A stretch of DNA of 64,000 bases from NCBI RefSeq assembly GCF_006345805.1, contig NC_043014.1:31620001-31684000 (forward strand), written 5' to 3'. The notes under the pieces are model-generated. The model was not told where the DNA came from. It saw only the letters and a list, made by a program, of their open reading frames with translations, and did not search any database. This document shows, one piece after another, positions 25,713 through 40,275 of this stretch; the stretch's first letter is position 1; each line of letters starts with the position of its first letter. The translations under genes and the position numbers were made by a program. The DNA is from Octopus sinensis. Its lineage: Eukaryota.

Positions 25713-26792
25713 ATAGGTGCAAGTGTGGCTGTGTGGTAAGAAGCTTGCTTCCCAACCACATGGTTCAGGTTTCAGTCCCTCAGTTTAACGCAAAATTTCA
25801 TGTTTACTCTTTATTCCTATCCATTATAAAATTTTAAACTACAGCATATGCATGATAAAAAAAAAACACAAATTTCACAACTTGCAAAGTAAACACAATG
25901 ATATCACTCAGCACACTGCTTCATGAAGGTCACTGTTAGCTCTCACTGTGCACACAATCATGTGCTGCCATCTGTTGGTGCTCTACAGAACTAGTCTGGA
26001 AATATTTTGATACCATCTTGTAGCTTTGAAGTTTTGATGTTGTGATAGTATATTTTTAAAACGACATTGTCGAAGAGGTGTGGAAGTTCAGGTCTGGCTG
26101 GTTCGAACACAAAACAGGTAGAATATTTGAGCCAGATATGGCCAGTTTAAATGACAAAGGGTTAAGGAAAAAATGTCCCCTTCTTAAAAAGATAGAATCC
26201 TAAACTTGTTTCCTATAATTTTACATCTTGAATATTCATTAACTCACTTCTCCCTCCTTTTTGTTCCATATATAGATACATATGTATATTGTGAGTCACT
26301 TCCTCATCTTCTTGTTGATATCTTTTGACTCCTCATCTTTTCTCCACACTATGATTTCTGCCTCATACCATCTTGGTGATACTGTTCATAAGTAGATATT
26401 GTTTATAAGATATTTCTTAAATGCAATTTGGATTTAAGAATCTTGGCTGTGTTTAAGAAGCCTGCTTCCCAACCATATGGTCTCCAATTCAGTTCCATTG
26501 TGTAGGACCTTAGACAAGTGCCTTCTACTATAGCCCTTGGTCAATCAAAGATTTGTAAATGTATTTGATAGATAGAAACTGAAAGAAGCCTGTTTGTATC
26601 TATATCTATATCTATATATCATCAAAGAATTCATAAATCAGAAAAAAATGCACTTGTATATTTGACATTTGCCATATTTCATTCTATAACCTTCATTTCT
26701 GAAGAATGCAGCGTTACATAACCAAACTGTTACCTAACACTCTGTTGAACCTTTAGTGTGAAACTGATTAGTATGATCAGCCATAATAGATA

Positions 26793-27030
26793 TACAGGAT
26801 GTCCCCAAAAGATTGATATTATTTCATGGTCTAATAACATAGTCAATTTTCAAATGATCTCAAATTTTAACAAAATGTGTAAAAACTAATTTTTTTCCTT
26901 TCTTTTCAGGATGAAGAATGACATTCACTAGAAATGAAAAGGCGGTTTGTGTGCTAGAATATGCTTGAACACAGTTAAACAAGAATGTGCAGCAGGCATT
27001 TTCAAGAAAATTCAATAAAAATGCATTTCT
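26793..27030 (+). mobile_element. Tc1/mariner-superfamily 5' fragment (DUF4817-like N-terminus)
   Basis: ta|caggatgtcccc terminus, followed by MTFTRNEKAVCVLEYA*TQ.NKNVQQAFSRKFNK. Confidence 0.55.
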
Positions 27031-27689
27031 CAATATCAAATCATATCCTAATGTAACTGCAAAATATTTATAAAATTTGCACTAAAGGATCTAGTTGATT
27101 CTAGTCTTTGGCATAAAACTTTTAAAATCATCCATGACCAGATGATTGAATTTACTTCTGTTCCTTCCCTGAGAATATCTGTTATGAGCTTCATTTAGAA
27201 TGAAGGGATTAGTGGTATTACAATCAAAATAAAAGAGAGGATCTCCTCTTGAAAAATGACTCTTCTTATCTATACATCTGCTAACCTGTCTCTTTCAGAT
27301 GGTAACTTCAGTCTTCCATATTGCAGTGCATAATCTAACATTTTCTGAGATCTTAAACAATGTTAGACAATACTTAATATATTAGTATGGAACTAAATTA
27401 TATGCCTTTTTAAATCAGTGTTATTCACAAATTTGTCATTTTCTTTTCCCAGTTCATCAAGGCCATCTTTGGTCTTTCATTTCCCTGCTCATTTTTTTCT
27501 CTTTTCATAGCATTTCCGTTTATCAAACATTAAGTGTTTTAGGTACAGATGTTGGTACATCCCTTGGTAAGTGAAAAATATGAAATTGTTTGTCATTTGA
27601 AACAGCATTTCCTATTAATTTGTCCTTGATATAAGACAAGTTTTTCCCATTAGTTAACTGCAATGATACTATGCCTTTGATATACAACC

Positions 27690-28155
27690 AGGGTTGATCA
27701 ATCTAGTTGCCCCAAGGACAACCTACAATCAAAGTTGATCAATCAAGTTGTCCCATTGTCTACCTACAATCAAAGTTGACTAATCTAATTCTTCCATTTA
27801 TTATCTAGTCATAGTTAACCAGTCAAGTTGTTTGATTGAGTATTCGCAATAATATTTCATCAATCTATTGTTCCACCAACTACCTAATCACAGTCAACCA
27901 ATCAAATTATCTCATTGGTTATCTACAGTCATACTTGACCAGTCAAACTGTCCTACTGATTACCTACAATCCTAGTTGTTCAGACTAGCTGTCCTGTTCA
28001 TCTACAATCATTGTTGACCAATCAAATTGCCTTACTGCCTTCCTAATCATAGTTGACCAATCTAGTTATCTTTGACTATCTACAATCATTGTCAGATAGT
28101 TTGGTTGTCTCACTAAGTATCTATCATAAAGATTGTCAAATGATTAGCTTGACTA
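27690..28155. repeat. Minisatellite, ~12 diverged units of ~38-40 bp
   Basis: Recurring gttgaccaatc(a/t)agttg....ctacaatcat unit. Confidence 0.8.
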
Positions 28156-29009
28156 GGGAGTTACTAAGCACAAAAACTCTTTTGTTACTGCTACAGTTGC
28201 TACTACTACTACTACTAACAGCACCACTGTTACTACTAATACTATTGCTGGTACTGTGAAGTTTCAGTGACCTCTGTTGATACCACCACCACCACCACCA
28301 CCACCACCACCACTACCACCACTACCACCACTGTCACCACCACCACCACCACCAATGCCTCCACCACCACCACCACCACCACCACCACCGCCGCCGCTGC
28401 CACAATACCCCCACCCCATCACCCCCACAGTCATTATCGTTGCCTCTGTAACCAATGCTTGCTGCTAGATCCCATGTATTTCTTTGTTCTGTCGCTTCAA
28501 TTCATGTAGTAGTGTTCATTATTGATGTTGGTTCTTAAAAGAAACACTTCAATAATCCGCAACCCTACCCCTGCCCACCAACTATTGTTTCGAGACTCTC
28601 TTCATGTAAGTATGAAGTGTAGCTATCAGTTTTTTAATCAATCTAATCAATAGGCCAGATCAAATTCTCAGGTAAACCCTTCAGTTTCGATTATTTATCA
28701 TTTATTTTCTACATGTATATTGTTAGGTTCACTTTTATCATTTAAGACCACCATTTTTTTGTATTATATTTATTATTTACTATTATTACCATTATCATTA
28801 TTATTATAAAGGTGGTAAGCTGGCAAAATCATTAACACACCGGACAAAGTACTTAGTGGCATTTTGTCTGTCTTTACATTCTGAGTTCAAATTCTGCTGA
28901 GGTCGAGTTTGCCTTTCATCCTTCCTGGGTGGATAAAATAAGTACTAGTTGAGTACTAGGATCAATATATTTGACTCATCCTCTCCCACAAAACTGCGGG
29001 CCTTGTGCC

Positions 29010-29054
<45 letters not shown>

Positions 29055-29411
29055 CAGTGATGGAGCAGTGCCTGCCATCAAAGTGACACTGGGTTAAAAT
29101 ATACGAAGCCATGATGACTACCCATCTGATAAGGGCACACTTGGCACATGCATCACAACCATATGTGTGTGACATGGTGATCTCATGTCAAAATAAACAG
29201 CACATGACCTTGCAGGTGGGGTCCAGTTAGAATTTCTTCTGCTCGAGTAACCCATCCCGCTCATAAGGTCCCTGAATAAGGGTTGTTTAAGGATGTTGAA
29301 CAAAACACCCATGTTTCCAGAGGTGAATTATTCAAACCCCAAAGAATTCTTTCGATTCATGGCTGATGAGTCTACATCTGCCTTAAAGACAGTTGCACTA
29401 AAAGGTTCCAA

Positions 29412-29925
29412 TCTCTAATTGTGGAGGGAACATGTGGATGGGGTAGATCCAGGAAGACGTGGAACAAAGTAGTGAGAAAGGATCTTCAGATGTTGGACCT
29501 CACTGAGGGGATGACAGGTGACTGAGACTCCTGGTAATTTGCTGTGCTTGAGAAGACATGTCAAACTAAGTAAAATCATGGTTGCCCTTGCATTAAGGTA
29601 TGTCCCCTCTATCCCTCTCCAGCTGAGTGTTCCTAATTTTGCAGGCTTGTGGGTACTGGTATCATGTGAAAAAACACCTGTACCAGTGCCACATATATGC
29701 ATCTATGCTGGTGCTGCATAAAAACACCCAATACACTCTGTAAAGTGGTTGGTGTTAGGAAGGGCATCCAGTTGTAGAAACCCTGCCAAAAAAGACGTGG
29801 TGCCTGGGCAGCCCTTCAGCTGGTTGCTCCTGACAAACCATCCAAATCATGCCAGCATGGAAAGCAGACATTAAATGATGATGAGGAGGATGATGATGAC
29901 GATGATGATGATGACGATGATGATG
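29412..29925 (+). mobile_element. Old RTE LINE 3' end (ORF C-terminus + UTR + (GAT)n)
   Basis: LIVEGTCGWGRSRKTWNKVVRKDLQMLDLTEGM (RTE GRPRKTW motif) followed by the RTE-type tail. Confidence 0.75.
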
Positions 29926-30886
29926 ATAATGGTTGTTACATGAATATTGATTTCTAACATAGGCACAAGGCCAGATATTTCTGAAAGATTTTATCAACTC
30001 CAGTATTTGACAGTTATTTTATTTGACAAAATTCTGGGAAGATGAAAGGAAAAATTGACTTTCATTGATTTTCAGAGTGATTTGAATACAGAATGCAAAA
30101 GATTTTCCACAAACTTTGACATCATTACTATGTGAACATCATTATTACAATTATAACAAGAGTCGTGGATAAGGAAAATATTTAAGATCTGGACAAAATG
30201 CCTTGTAGTATTTAGTTTTGGCAAGAGAGAAAGATATAGATAGATAAATAGAGAGAGAGAGAGAGAAGGATGGATGGAGGGAGAGAGAGAGACTGACAGA
30301 AAGAAAGAAAAAAAAGAAAGAAAGAGTAAGTCCTAGAGAAAAAGGGAGAAAGAGAGAGAGAGTTACAAAGTGAAAATGGTTGACAGAAAGAACAGGATGT
30401 TGTACAATGACAGCTACGATCAATGAAATCAACAATATTCTGAGTTCAAATCCTGCTGCAGTTGATGAACCTTTATTGTCCTGTGAACAATAAAGCAATT
30501 CCACAAAATAAATTAAGTACCAGTCATGTACTGGGATTGATTGAAATACCAACAAATAATTGTGCTTGGTAAAAATACAAAATAAACCCTTCTTGTCCTT
30601 ATTTTTACTGCTAGTTGTAGTAGTGGTGGTGATGGCAGTGGTGGTGGTAGTGGTAATAGCAACAGCAGCTGCTGTAGAGGGAAAGGGGTGTTTTTGTTGT
30701 AATAATTGATGTTGTTGCAGCTGCATGTTCGTTTATATGCGCATATATGCACACAGACAAATGGGTACGCCCAAACAAGTTCAGAGATATACAGCATATA
30801 TACATATATATGTACACACATACATATATTTATGAGTGCATGTGTGTGTGTGTGTATACCTTCATACACACACACATGTATCATGA

Positions 30887-30938
<52 letters not shown>

Positions 30939-31489
30939 TTGTTTTATAAAAATATATTTTATTTGTTATTTCTGTTTTGGTTTATGTCTATCATTGTTTG
31001 AATTGCATAATAGTGGTTTTATCTCTAATTTATATTTTATATATTTATATTGTGAAATTTGATTTAATACTAAATTGAATTTTTCCCTGTAAGTTTTACA
31101 TTAAACTGAAGCATTACTCAATGCCATTTGTAGAGTAGATGAGTACATGTACTTCTACAAAAATATTACATATCGACTCTGTAGTCCCTGATGGTAATTA
31201 TTTGATCTTAACATATTGGGTTTTTAGACTATTTGTGTAAGCCATGTTTTCTTTTCCTTTTCTTTCTTTTTTTTGTTTATATTGCATGCTTTTGTTTTTC
31301 ACTCTGATGAAGATCCGTTGCCTTATTTCGAATACCCTATGAAGATAAAGAACTTTATTCTCCCAATTATTTATAGACTGCATTTTGGCAATCTGATCAG
31401 TATTAAAAAATAAGCTATAAATGTGGTTCAATCAATGAGTTGGTTAATCTGTGGTTTTCTCCATTTTCTAATTAGTTGCATTTATATAT

Positions 31490-32350
31490 CATCATCATCA
31501 TCATTTAGCGTCCGTTTTCCATGCTAGCATGGGTTGGACGGTTCAACTGGGGTCTGGGGAGCCCGAAGGCTGCACCAGGCCAGTCAGATCTGGCAGTGTT
31601 TCTACAGATGGATGCCCTTCCTAACGCCAACCACTCCGAGAGTGTAGTGGGTGATTTTATGTGCCACCGACACAGGTGCCAGACGAGGCTGGCGAACGGC
31701 CACGCTCGGATGGTGTTTTTATGTGCCACCGACACAGGTGCCAGACGAGGCTGGCAGACAGCCACGCCCGGATGGTGTTTTTATGTGCCACCGACACAGG
31801 TGCCAGATGAGGCTGGCGGACGGCCACGATCGGATGGTGTTTGTTACGTCCCCAAAGCACGGAGGCCAGTCTATGCGGTACTGGCTACGGCCACATTCGG
31901 ATGATTTTCTTGTGTGCCACCAGCACTGGTACCACAAAGATACAAATTCCATTGATGTTCATCTATTTTGATTTGTTTTGATTTTCACTTGCCTCAACAG
32001 GTCTTCACAAGTGTCACAAGAAGGAAGGTATGCACAGGTGGACTGACTACGTCCCAGGTAGGGGCCACGGGTTATGGCCTGACTAGTCTTGCCGGGTCTT
32101 CGGATGGTGTTTTTATGTGCCACCGACACAGGTGCCAGACGAGGCTGGCAGACGGCCACGCTCGGATGGTGTTTTTATGTGCCACCGACACAGGTGCCAG
32201 ATGAGGCTGGCGGACGGCCACGATCGGATGGTGTTTGTTACGTCCCCAAAGCACGGAGGCCAGTCGATGCGGTACTGGCTACGGCCACGTTCGGATGGTT
32301 TTCTTGTGTGCCACCGGCACTGGTACCACAAAGATACAAATTCCATTGAT
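31490..32350 (-). mobile_element. RTE 3' UTR fragment, young, very similar to 58385-60090
   Basis: Same VNTR units, cacttgcctcaacaggtcttcacaagtg hairpin and (ATC)n tail. Confidence 0.9.
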
Positions 32351-32514
32351 ATATACATATATATATATATATATATACACACACAGCTGGTGCTGAGTTG
32401 TCAAACATTTAAACCAAATTTTCTCAAAACAACTTGTCTGACCGTTCCATAGGCCTCCCCTTTGAGAAACACTGATTTAACCTAAATTTGAGACACCAGC
32501 AAAAGATGGATTTC

Positions 32515-33212
32515 GACTGATGTACTTACGTGTACAAATGCTCGTTCCCACGGCTTTATTTATCACATTCTCACCTGGAATCGATTTTTGTAATTTTTTT
32601 CAAGACTTATACACGCCCTGATACTGTCGGTATCTACATATCAAATTTGAGTGCAATCGGACGGATGTTGCCTGAGATCCTAGAAGACACACACACAGAC
32701 AACGGATTTTATATAATAGATATACATGTACTAGCAGCTAAGCCTGGTTTCACCTGGTCGGTTTGGATGATGTGGCTGTAAAATCTGCTCTGTGTAAGCA
32801 TTCAACTTGTTGGGGTACGCTTATGTTAAAAAAAAATTTTAGAATGACTTTTTTTTCTGTCAAAACGCTAAAAATAACTGACCAACAAAAAGAAACTAAC
32901 CAAGATTCAACCAAATCAAAAAATAAACCCAGATACTAAATGAACAAAGATGAACCATCCCACTTCCATTGCGTGTGCACACGCACGCACACACACACAA
33001 GCATACACACACACACACATTCACATACCCACCTTTTACATACACACACACACATATATTCACACAGAGATGAAACGCGGTTTGATTTATTTTTTCATTG
33101 TAAAATTTTCATCATCCCACTACCAAGTATGACATCACCCCTTCCTTCCTTATTCATCAATCACATCTTCCTTTCTCATTCACAAACACAAGAGTATTAT
33201 TATACTAGATTA
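32515..33212 (+). mobile_element. Two tandem Helentron-associated (HINE/DINE-like) non-autonomous elements
   Basis: 5' actagcagctaagcctggtttcacctggtc small hairpin. 3' ends ...aaatttgagtgcaatcgg...cacacagacaacggattttatataatagat and ...tattattatactagat. Confidence 0.5.
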
Positions 33213-33664
33213 TCTCGGTAACCATAGGAGCTATGAAAAAAATACAAAGCCGAGTATCACCACCTGATCATTCTACACTTGTATAATTTTTCGCGAAATT
33301 CCACCCAGCCATAAATGAATTGACACAAAATACATGAGAAGTTAACAGAGAAGAAAATCTTCTTTAATTCCAATGACTTAGAAAGGGTATTAAAGAAATG
33401 AGATTGGTTGAATTTATGATCAAAGAAGTGGGTTTTCATCTTACTGAGACAGACAGTGATTTCATGTTTCTCATTTTGTGTAGTTTGAGGTATCTGCTTC
33501 AGTGTGTAAGAGTTGATACGGGTGGAAGTAAGGAAGAAACATTGGACAGTCTAAATGAACTAACGTTTATGGATGAAAGTAACTTGAAAAAAGCTTGCAA
33601 ACAAGTTTGCGTGTGCGCGTATGTGAGAGAAAGAAAGAGAAAGAGAGAAAGATAGATAGATAGG

Positions 33665-33704
<40 letters not shown>

Positions 33705-34889
33705 TTGTACAATAACATTCTTAGTCACAAACACATTGTACACTTATAACCAAAGCTGTGTTGCTAAATTGCGTTTGCAGCTATAGTGATTGCATGAAAA
33801 TTATCGAACAATTAATGGAGCTACTACTTTACTTTATTAGAGCCTAGCTTAAAAGCTGCACACTCTGCGGACTTTTAAGCTGGCTCCTATGGAGGACTAA
33901 TTGAGCCGACTACAAACAGCAGATTAGCTTAACTATAATATAAGTATAATGATTATATGCCCCGTTAGTGTTTGAACAGATGTTTAGGATGGATGAGAAT
34001 TAATCCATCTTTCTATTGTTTCAGTCCCAAGTTGAATTTCAACTGTTGGCCATTTTGTCCCAAAGTTCTTGTCGGGACGTAAAATTAATGAAGCGAACGT
34101 CATTTATCTCCTCCCTTCATTTCTGACGTCATCTGACGAACGCCAAGCTGGCGTGAATTTGCCAAGTTTTACCTGCAAAAAATAGTTTTTGAATTCCAAT
34201 ACTGGATGTCAAGAACCAAAAGAAGGACATATTTTCAATCCTGAGGTCATTCTCATTCCAAAAAGGTATAATGTCTATATTAGAGCAAATGAAGAGTTAG
34301 ATACGATGGTGGCAGACAGACAGAATTTACTGTTTAGTATAATCAAAATATCAAGAAAATATTATCAAACATTTTAAGAGCATCAAACTTAAAACACTTA
34401 CCAATTTTATAACCCTTGTCTCTTCATCTATCCACGGACTGAATGTTGAGTAACCATTAATCGTGTTCATAAGGCAATGAACAGCAGAAAGGTTAGCACG
34501 CCAGCGGCATTTCGTCCACGTTTGCAATCTCAGTTCAAATTTCACGGAGGTCGATGGTTCCCTTGATTCTTTTGTTGTTGATAAAATAAGTTCTAGTCAA
34601 GCTTTGGGTTCAAAATGTTCGACTTTTCATTCCACCAAATTTCAAGCCCTGTTCATATAGCAGAAAGGAATATTTCATTTACGATTTTTATTTACCGATC
34701 TTTACTATCATATCCCGATTGTTTATAATGAAATATTCTGTGTGAATATATCGAGAGTGAACTATCGTTTGTGGTTGGAACCTCCAGGTTTCCTGTCCTG
34801 AAACTGCCTGGCTAAGAGTTCATACGGTTGGAGGAACAATACTGGACACCTTGTAACTATGTTATGGTACCAACCAGCATGTTACAGAG

Positions 34890-35290
34890 GGTGTTTAAGA
34901 ACTCAAAGGTACATAAAACAGCTGACCCACACAACTGTGTCCCGACCTTTGTTTCCTGATAACCTCCAGAAAAAAAGTTGTATTTCCAAAGAAATTTTCT
35001 ATAAATATCTCTCTGATTGCGTAGATTACGATTATATCGGAATTTAATGTAAAAAAAAAAAATTCACGGAAATTCTGGAAATAAATTGGGATGTGGGTCA
35101 GTATATATGTGTGCGCGCCTTCTATTTTCTTCACATTAAATTCTGATATAGTCGTAATGTATGCTATCTGAGAGGTATTTGTAGAATATTTCCTTCAAAG
35201 ATATCTATTTTTTCTTAAAGTTATGAGGAACCAATTGTGAGGAGGGCACAGCTGTGAGGGTCCGCTCAAAATATCCCCACAAACACCAAA
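34890..35290. mobile_element. Diverged foldback/MITE with ~150-bp imperfect inverted arms
   Basis: attacgattatatcggaatttaatgt (35026-35050) mirrors acattaaattctgatatagtcgtaat (35133-35158), and homology extends outward to the gaccc/gggtc blocks. Confidence 0.6.
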
Positions 35291-35569
35291 AACAAGGTGA
35301 AGATGACTCTGACTTCACTCTAGTCTTCAGGTGTCCGGGTGCGTCCCCCGACGCACACATTCCCTAGCCTCTAATCACCGCGAAAGGTTGAAAGAGACTG
35401 AATATTATTTGGAACGAATGCCTTGGAGAAAACGTTTCCGATATTATGACGTCATAATGACAATATGAAGGGAAATGGAAATCTCTGGACTAGACGAGAA
35501 ATTCTTGAATGAATTTCGAACATAGACGCGCACGCACACAATAGCACACACACGTATACACAAACAAAT

Positions 35570-35950
35570 ATTTTTTTTCCTTAGTGAAAATTCCAGGGAT
35601 AGGGAGCTCCTCCTTTTCCGAACCAAAATAAGGGATTTGCAGCATATTAGGGGGTCACGGTACTTGATTCCACAGAAAAAATCCGAATTTTTTTTTTCCT
35701 CAGTGAAAATTTGCTTCGTCTCCCCCGTTCTCTGAACCAAAATATTGGATTTGCAGCATATTAGGAAGTCAAAGTACTTGATTCCACATAAAAAATCCGA
35801 ATTTTTTTTGTCTCAGTGAAAATTCGGTGGGGGTGGGGGCTCACACCCTTTCCAACCCAAAATATGGGATTTGCAGCATATTAGGAGGTCAGGGTACTTG
35901 ATCCCATGCAAAAAATCCGAATTTGTTTTTGTTTTTTTGCTGAAAATCGA
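35570..35950. repeat. Tandem repeat, ~3 units of ~115-120 bp
   Basis: ggatttgcagcatattagg..gtca..gtacttgat.cca...aaaaaatccgaatttt repeated three times. Confidence 0.85.
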
Positions 35951-37559
35951 GCGGGTGTTAATGTGAAAATTTGCCCTAATATTTACATATATAATGTAAG
36001 TATTTACATTAATGTGTTCGTGTTTTCGTGTATGTGTGTCTATGTGTACGTGTGTTTCATGTACTTTTGTGTGTGTGCATACCTATCTGTCTATCAATAT
36101 ATACTAATATAAATGTGACGAACTGGCAGGATCTTTAGCACGACAGGCAAAATACTTAGCAGCATATTGTCCTTCTTCGTGTTCTGAGTTAAAATTCTGC
36201 CGGATTCGACTTTTTTAAAAATCTTTCGGGGTTGATGAAATGAAGTGCTAGCTGATCACTGAGATCTATGTAATGGACCTACCCACTCCCTCGAAACTGC
36301 TGGCCTTGTGCTAAAATTTGAAATGAATATTTACTTGTATAATGGCGGTGAGCTGGCAGGATGGCACGCACACACACGCACTCACGCAAACACTAACACA
36401 CACACACACACAGGTACATGCATTTACGCATACATACAAACATGCAGGCGCACATGCATACACACAGGCACACAATCGGACGTACACACGAACAGACATA
36501 TGCGCGTGCATGTATGTATTTATGAAAGCATGTATAACTGTGAAATCAACTTTAAAATCATTTGCATATGGTTACTGTATATACCCAGCGTTACAAGACT
36601 CCATCATTACTTTATACATACATACGTTCATTCATACGTACATACGTATGTATGTATGTATGTATGTATGTATGTATGTATGTATTATGTATGTATGTAT
36701 GTATGTATGTACGTACGTACATACATACACACGTACATACATATGTACATACGTACATACATACGTACGTACCTACATACATGCGTACGTACATACGTGC
36801 GTACGTACGTACACACACATACATACATACATACATACATACATACATCATACATACATACATACCTACATTAGACTGTAGGATGTTTTTTTCTGTGAGA
36901 TTGGTAAAAGTACATCCTTAACATAGCTAGGATCACATTCCAATGACTTTCATGTCTCCTGAGGCCTGGAAGATACTCTACATTCCAACAATTATCATTA
37001 CTCAACAATGGCAGTTTCCAAAATATTCTTGCACCACAGACTAATTTCATGCAAGATAATTTTCCCCACACCGTTGGATTACATGCATAAGAGAACGCAG
37101 TCAAGTGCATAATTTAATTATTACATTTGTAACACATCATTTACATCTGTAAAAGACACTCTACAGATTGCCATATTCTTTTACTTGTTTCAGTTATGTG
37201 ACTGTGGCTATGCAGGGGCACCATGTTTTAGTCGAACACGTCGACCCCAGGACTTATTTCTTAAGCCTGGTCCTTATTCCATTGATCTCTTTATCTAAGT
37301 TACAGGGACATAAATACACCAGCAGCAGTTGACAAGTAGACACAAAGACACACAGTAATAGATATATATACATATATATATAGGGCGGGTTTCTTTCCGT
37401 CTACCAAATCTGTTCAGAAGGCTTTAGTTGGCCTGCTGCTATAATAGAAGACACCTGTCGAAGGTGCTGTGCAGTGTGACTGAACTCAGACCCATGTGTA
37501 TTGGGAAGCAACTTTCTTACTACACAGACATGCCTATGTCAATAAATTAGAAATATAAT

Positions 37560-37826
37560 TTTAAAGTTTTTCCTTTCTGTACGACCTTGTATCACATGAT
37601 GTGCGACATGTTGCTTGAAGATCCCTGCACTACAAATCTCATTGGAGGTCCACAATTGAGTATTACTCTGATCACATTTGGAATGGAGCTGTTGTTGCAC
37701 ACTTAGTAACATGAGACTGTCTAGTAAAAAAGCCATACGTCTGATTGTCTTTCACCATAAGCGAACTACGTCTTCCCTCTGCATCCCAGAACTGGCTGGA
37801 TTCATGCCATCTTCACTCAACCATTA
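37560..37826 (+). mobile_element. Old LINE (CR1/Jockey-like) RT C-terminal remnant next to the hAT left terminus
   Basis: Degenerate LYKS..RPQLEY.SHIW.GA...KKAIRLI motif. Confidence 0.5.
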
Positions 37827-38497
37827 GTCCCAGTCAGGACTGGATTTAACCCAAAGGGCGCCCGGGGCACTTCAAGTTCAGTGGGCCCCTCAGAAACAAG
37901 ACTTAGAAGCAATGAAAATCAACAGTTTTAAATCTCAAACCCTGTATATTGCCTATAATTGAATTTGATGAGTTAGCAGAGAAAGTTTATATGTATCTAT
38001 TAATGCAGAATTTTGTCATCTTAACTTATCACAGCAAGTTTTACCAACTTAATGCTATATACTACTTCCATACCTACAAAAAATCTTTCTTTCTGCATTT
38101 GGCATTTAAAAAATGTTTAATGAATTCTCAAACTATATTGTCTTTAGGATACTGCTCTCTACATGCAACAAGCACAGAGCACTTTCATGGGCCATCATGG
38201 TCCTCAGGTAATTCTTTATCAGACCCAATTTACTGAATGACCTCTATTCTAAACAATATGTGACCATTAAGCTCAAAAATATTCTAAGAGCTACATCAAC
38301 ATAAGGAAAAGTTTCAATAATCCCTTCGTTATGTATTAAAAGTGCCTGCTGAGATGGGATGAAACATGACCTGAGCTTACAAAAAGCTACAAACCGTACA
38401 ATTTCTTCTATGTACACCTCATTAAAATCACAAAGAAAAGCAGTGATGAGTTTCACAGCTTCAGATCTTGTTTCTGCATTAAGTAAATTACATAATA

Positions 38498-38730
38498 CCT
38501 ATTTCTTTATTACCCATAAGGGGCTAAACACAGAGGGGACAAACAAGGACAGACATAGGTATTAAGTCGATTACATCGACCCCAGTGCGTAACTGGTACT
38601 TAATTTATCGACCTCGAAAGGATGAAAGGCAAAGTCGACCTCGGCGGAATTTGAACTCACAACGTAACGCAGACGAAATACCGCTAAGCATTTCGCCCGG
38701 CGCGCTAACGATTCTGCCAGCTCGCCGCCT
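38498..38730 (-). mobile_element. SINE family B monomer, young
   Basis: TSD ttacataata (38488-38497, 38731-38740). Intact CpG-rich head ggcggcgagctggcagaatcg and B box gagttcaaattc. Confidence 0.92.
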
Positions 38731-39999
38731 TTACATAATATCACTATGATTTTAAACTTGTCATGCACTGATTGATAGGCTACCCTGCATTTTTGTAAGG
38801 CAACAGACAACTGATCTAAAATGACATTGAATGTCCTGTATTTGAATTTTTCTCTTGCAGAAAGGACAACTTCAGAAGAGGTTGATGCTGGATTTACATC
38901 ATGTTTATTTCTCTTCCTTGGTCTATCTATTGTTGCTTTAAACTCTGGGTTTCCACACATGTCCCTGGCATCCAGCTCCAATTCTTCATACCTATCTTGG
39001 AGTGATTTCAGAAAGCTTTCCAAAGAATCAATAAGATCAATCACTTTATTCAAATCAACTTAACTCCTTGAAAAGCTTTATTTGTACTGTTAAACAATAC
39101 AAGAATTATAGGCTAAATCTTAGCCATCAGAGCAGTTTCAAGACAATCCATTTTGTCTGCCAATACCTGAGCTTCATATCTTGCTTCAGGTGTTTGTTCT
39201 AAGTCATCTTCAATATCTCTGAGTGCATTTTGGATGCAACTATATCCATCAATGAGGACTTCAGTAGCATTAGTTCTTGCTGACCAATGTGTTTCTGACA
39301 GGGACTTCAAAGTTAGTGCTCTTTTATTACTTTCCAACGATTTCTTTAAATTTGCCCCTCTGTGCATTGATGCAGAGAATGAGGTATATAACCTTTGTAT
39401 GAAACCAAAATAGCTAACAGCTTCAACACAGCAAGAAGCAGCAGCTTGTCCGACAAGATTTGAAAAAATGAGCAGCACAGGGAATGAAAACTGCAGCCAG
39501 ATTCTTTTCTTTGAGCCTGGCTTGCATTCCTGTATAATGACCAGACATATTACTGGCATTGTCATAGGACTGTCTCCTGCAGTCTTCAAAATTTAAACCC
39601 GTTTTTTCAGGAATTTTAAGAGTGAGGTGCAGCCAGTACTTCCACTTTGTGGGAACCAGTTTGTAGGAAAGTTAAAAACCTTTCTATTGATTTACCAGAA
39701 ATAACATTATGCACAGTAAGTTGTTAGTTGGTGTTGAGTCTACAGAAACAGAGAAATACTTGGCAGTTTTAAGTTCTGCAACAATATTATTTGCGACATA
39801 TTTTGCCAACCACAGAACAATTTCTTTGTGGATAGTAGGTGACATGTATGACTGCTTACCACTTCCAGGATTGCCAACTTTTTTCATGTGGCCCATTAGA
39901 AATAGATGAAATTGTGCTGTAAGTTCCATAATTCCTAGAAAATTCCCATTGTGTTTAGAGCCTACATCTAAATGCTAGACCACTCTCAGCTAAAGATAT

Positions 40000-40214
40000 T
40001 CTTTTCTACTCTACGCACAAGGCCTGAAATTTTTTGGGGAAGGGGCCACTTGATTAGATTGACTCTTGTATGCAACTGGTGCTTAATTTATCGACCACGA
40101 AAGGATGAAAGGCAAAGTCAACCTCAGCGGAATTTGAACTCAGAACGTAAAGACAGATGAAATACCGCTAAGCATTTCACCCAGCATGCTAACGTGTCTA
40201 CCAGCTCACTGCCT
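40000..40214 (-). mobile_element. SINE family B variant (different tail)
   Basis: Same head and body, flanked by tctcagcta...atatt direct repeats. Confidence 0.8.
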
Positions 40215-40275
40215 TCTCAGCTAGAAATATTGTCACAACCATAACATGACACAATACTTCTGTCCAGTATTTCTT

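Noticed and set aside
28578-28612. Minus-strand aUGAAGA-GAGUCUC-GAAAC
   Set aside because: Position 3 cannot pair with G8, and stem I is unconvincing
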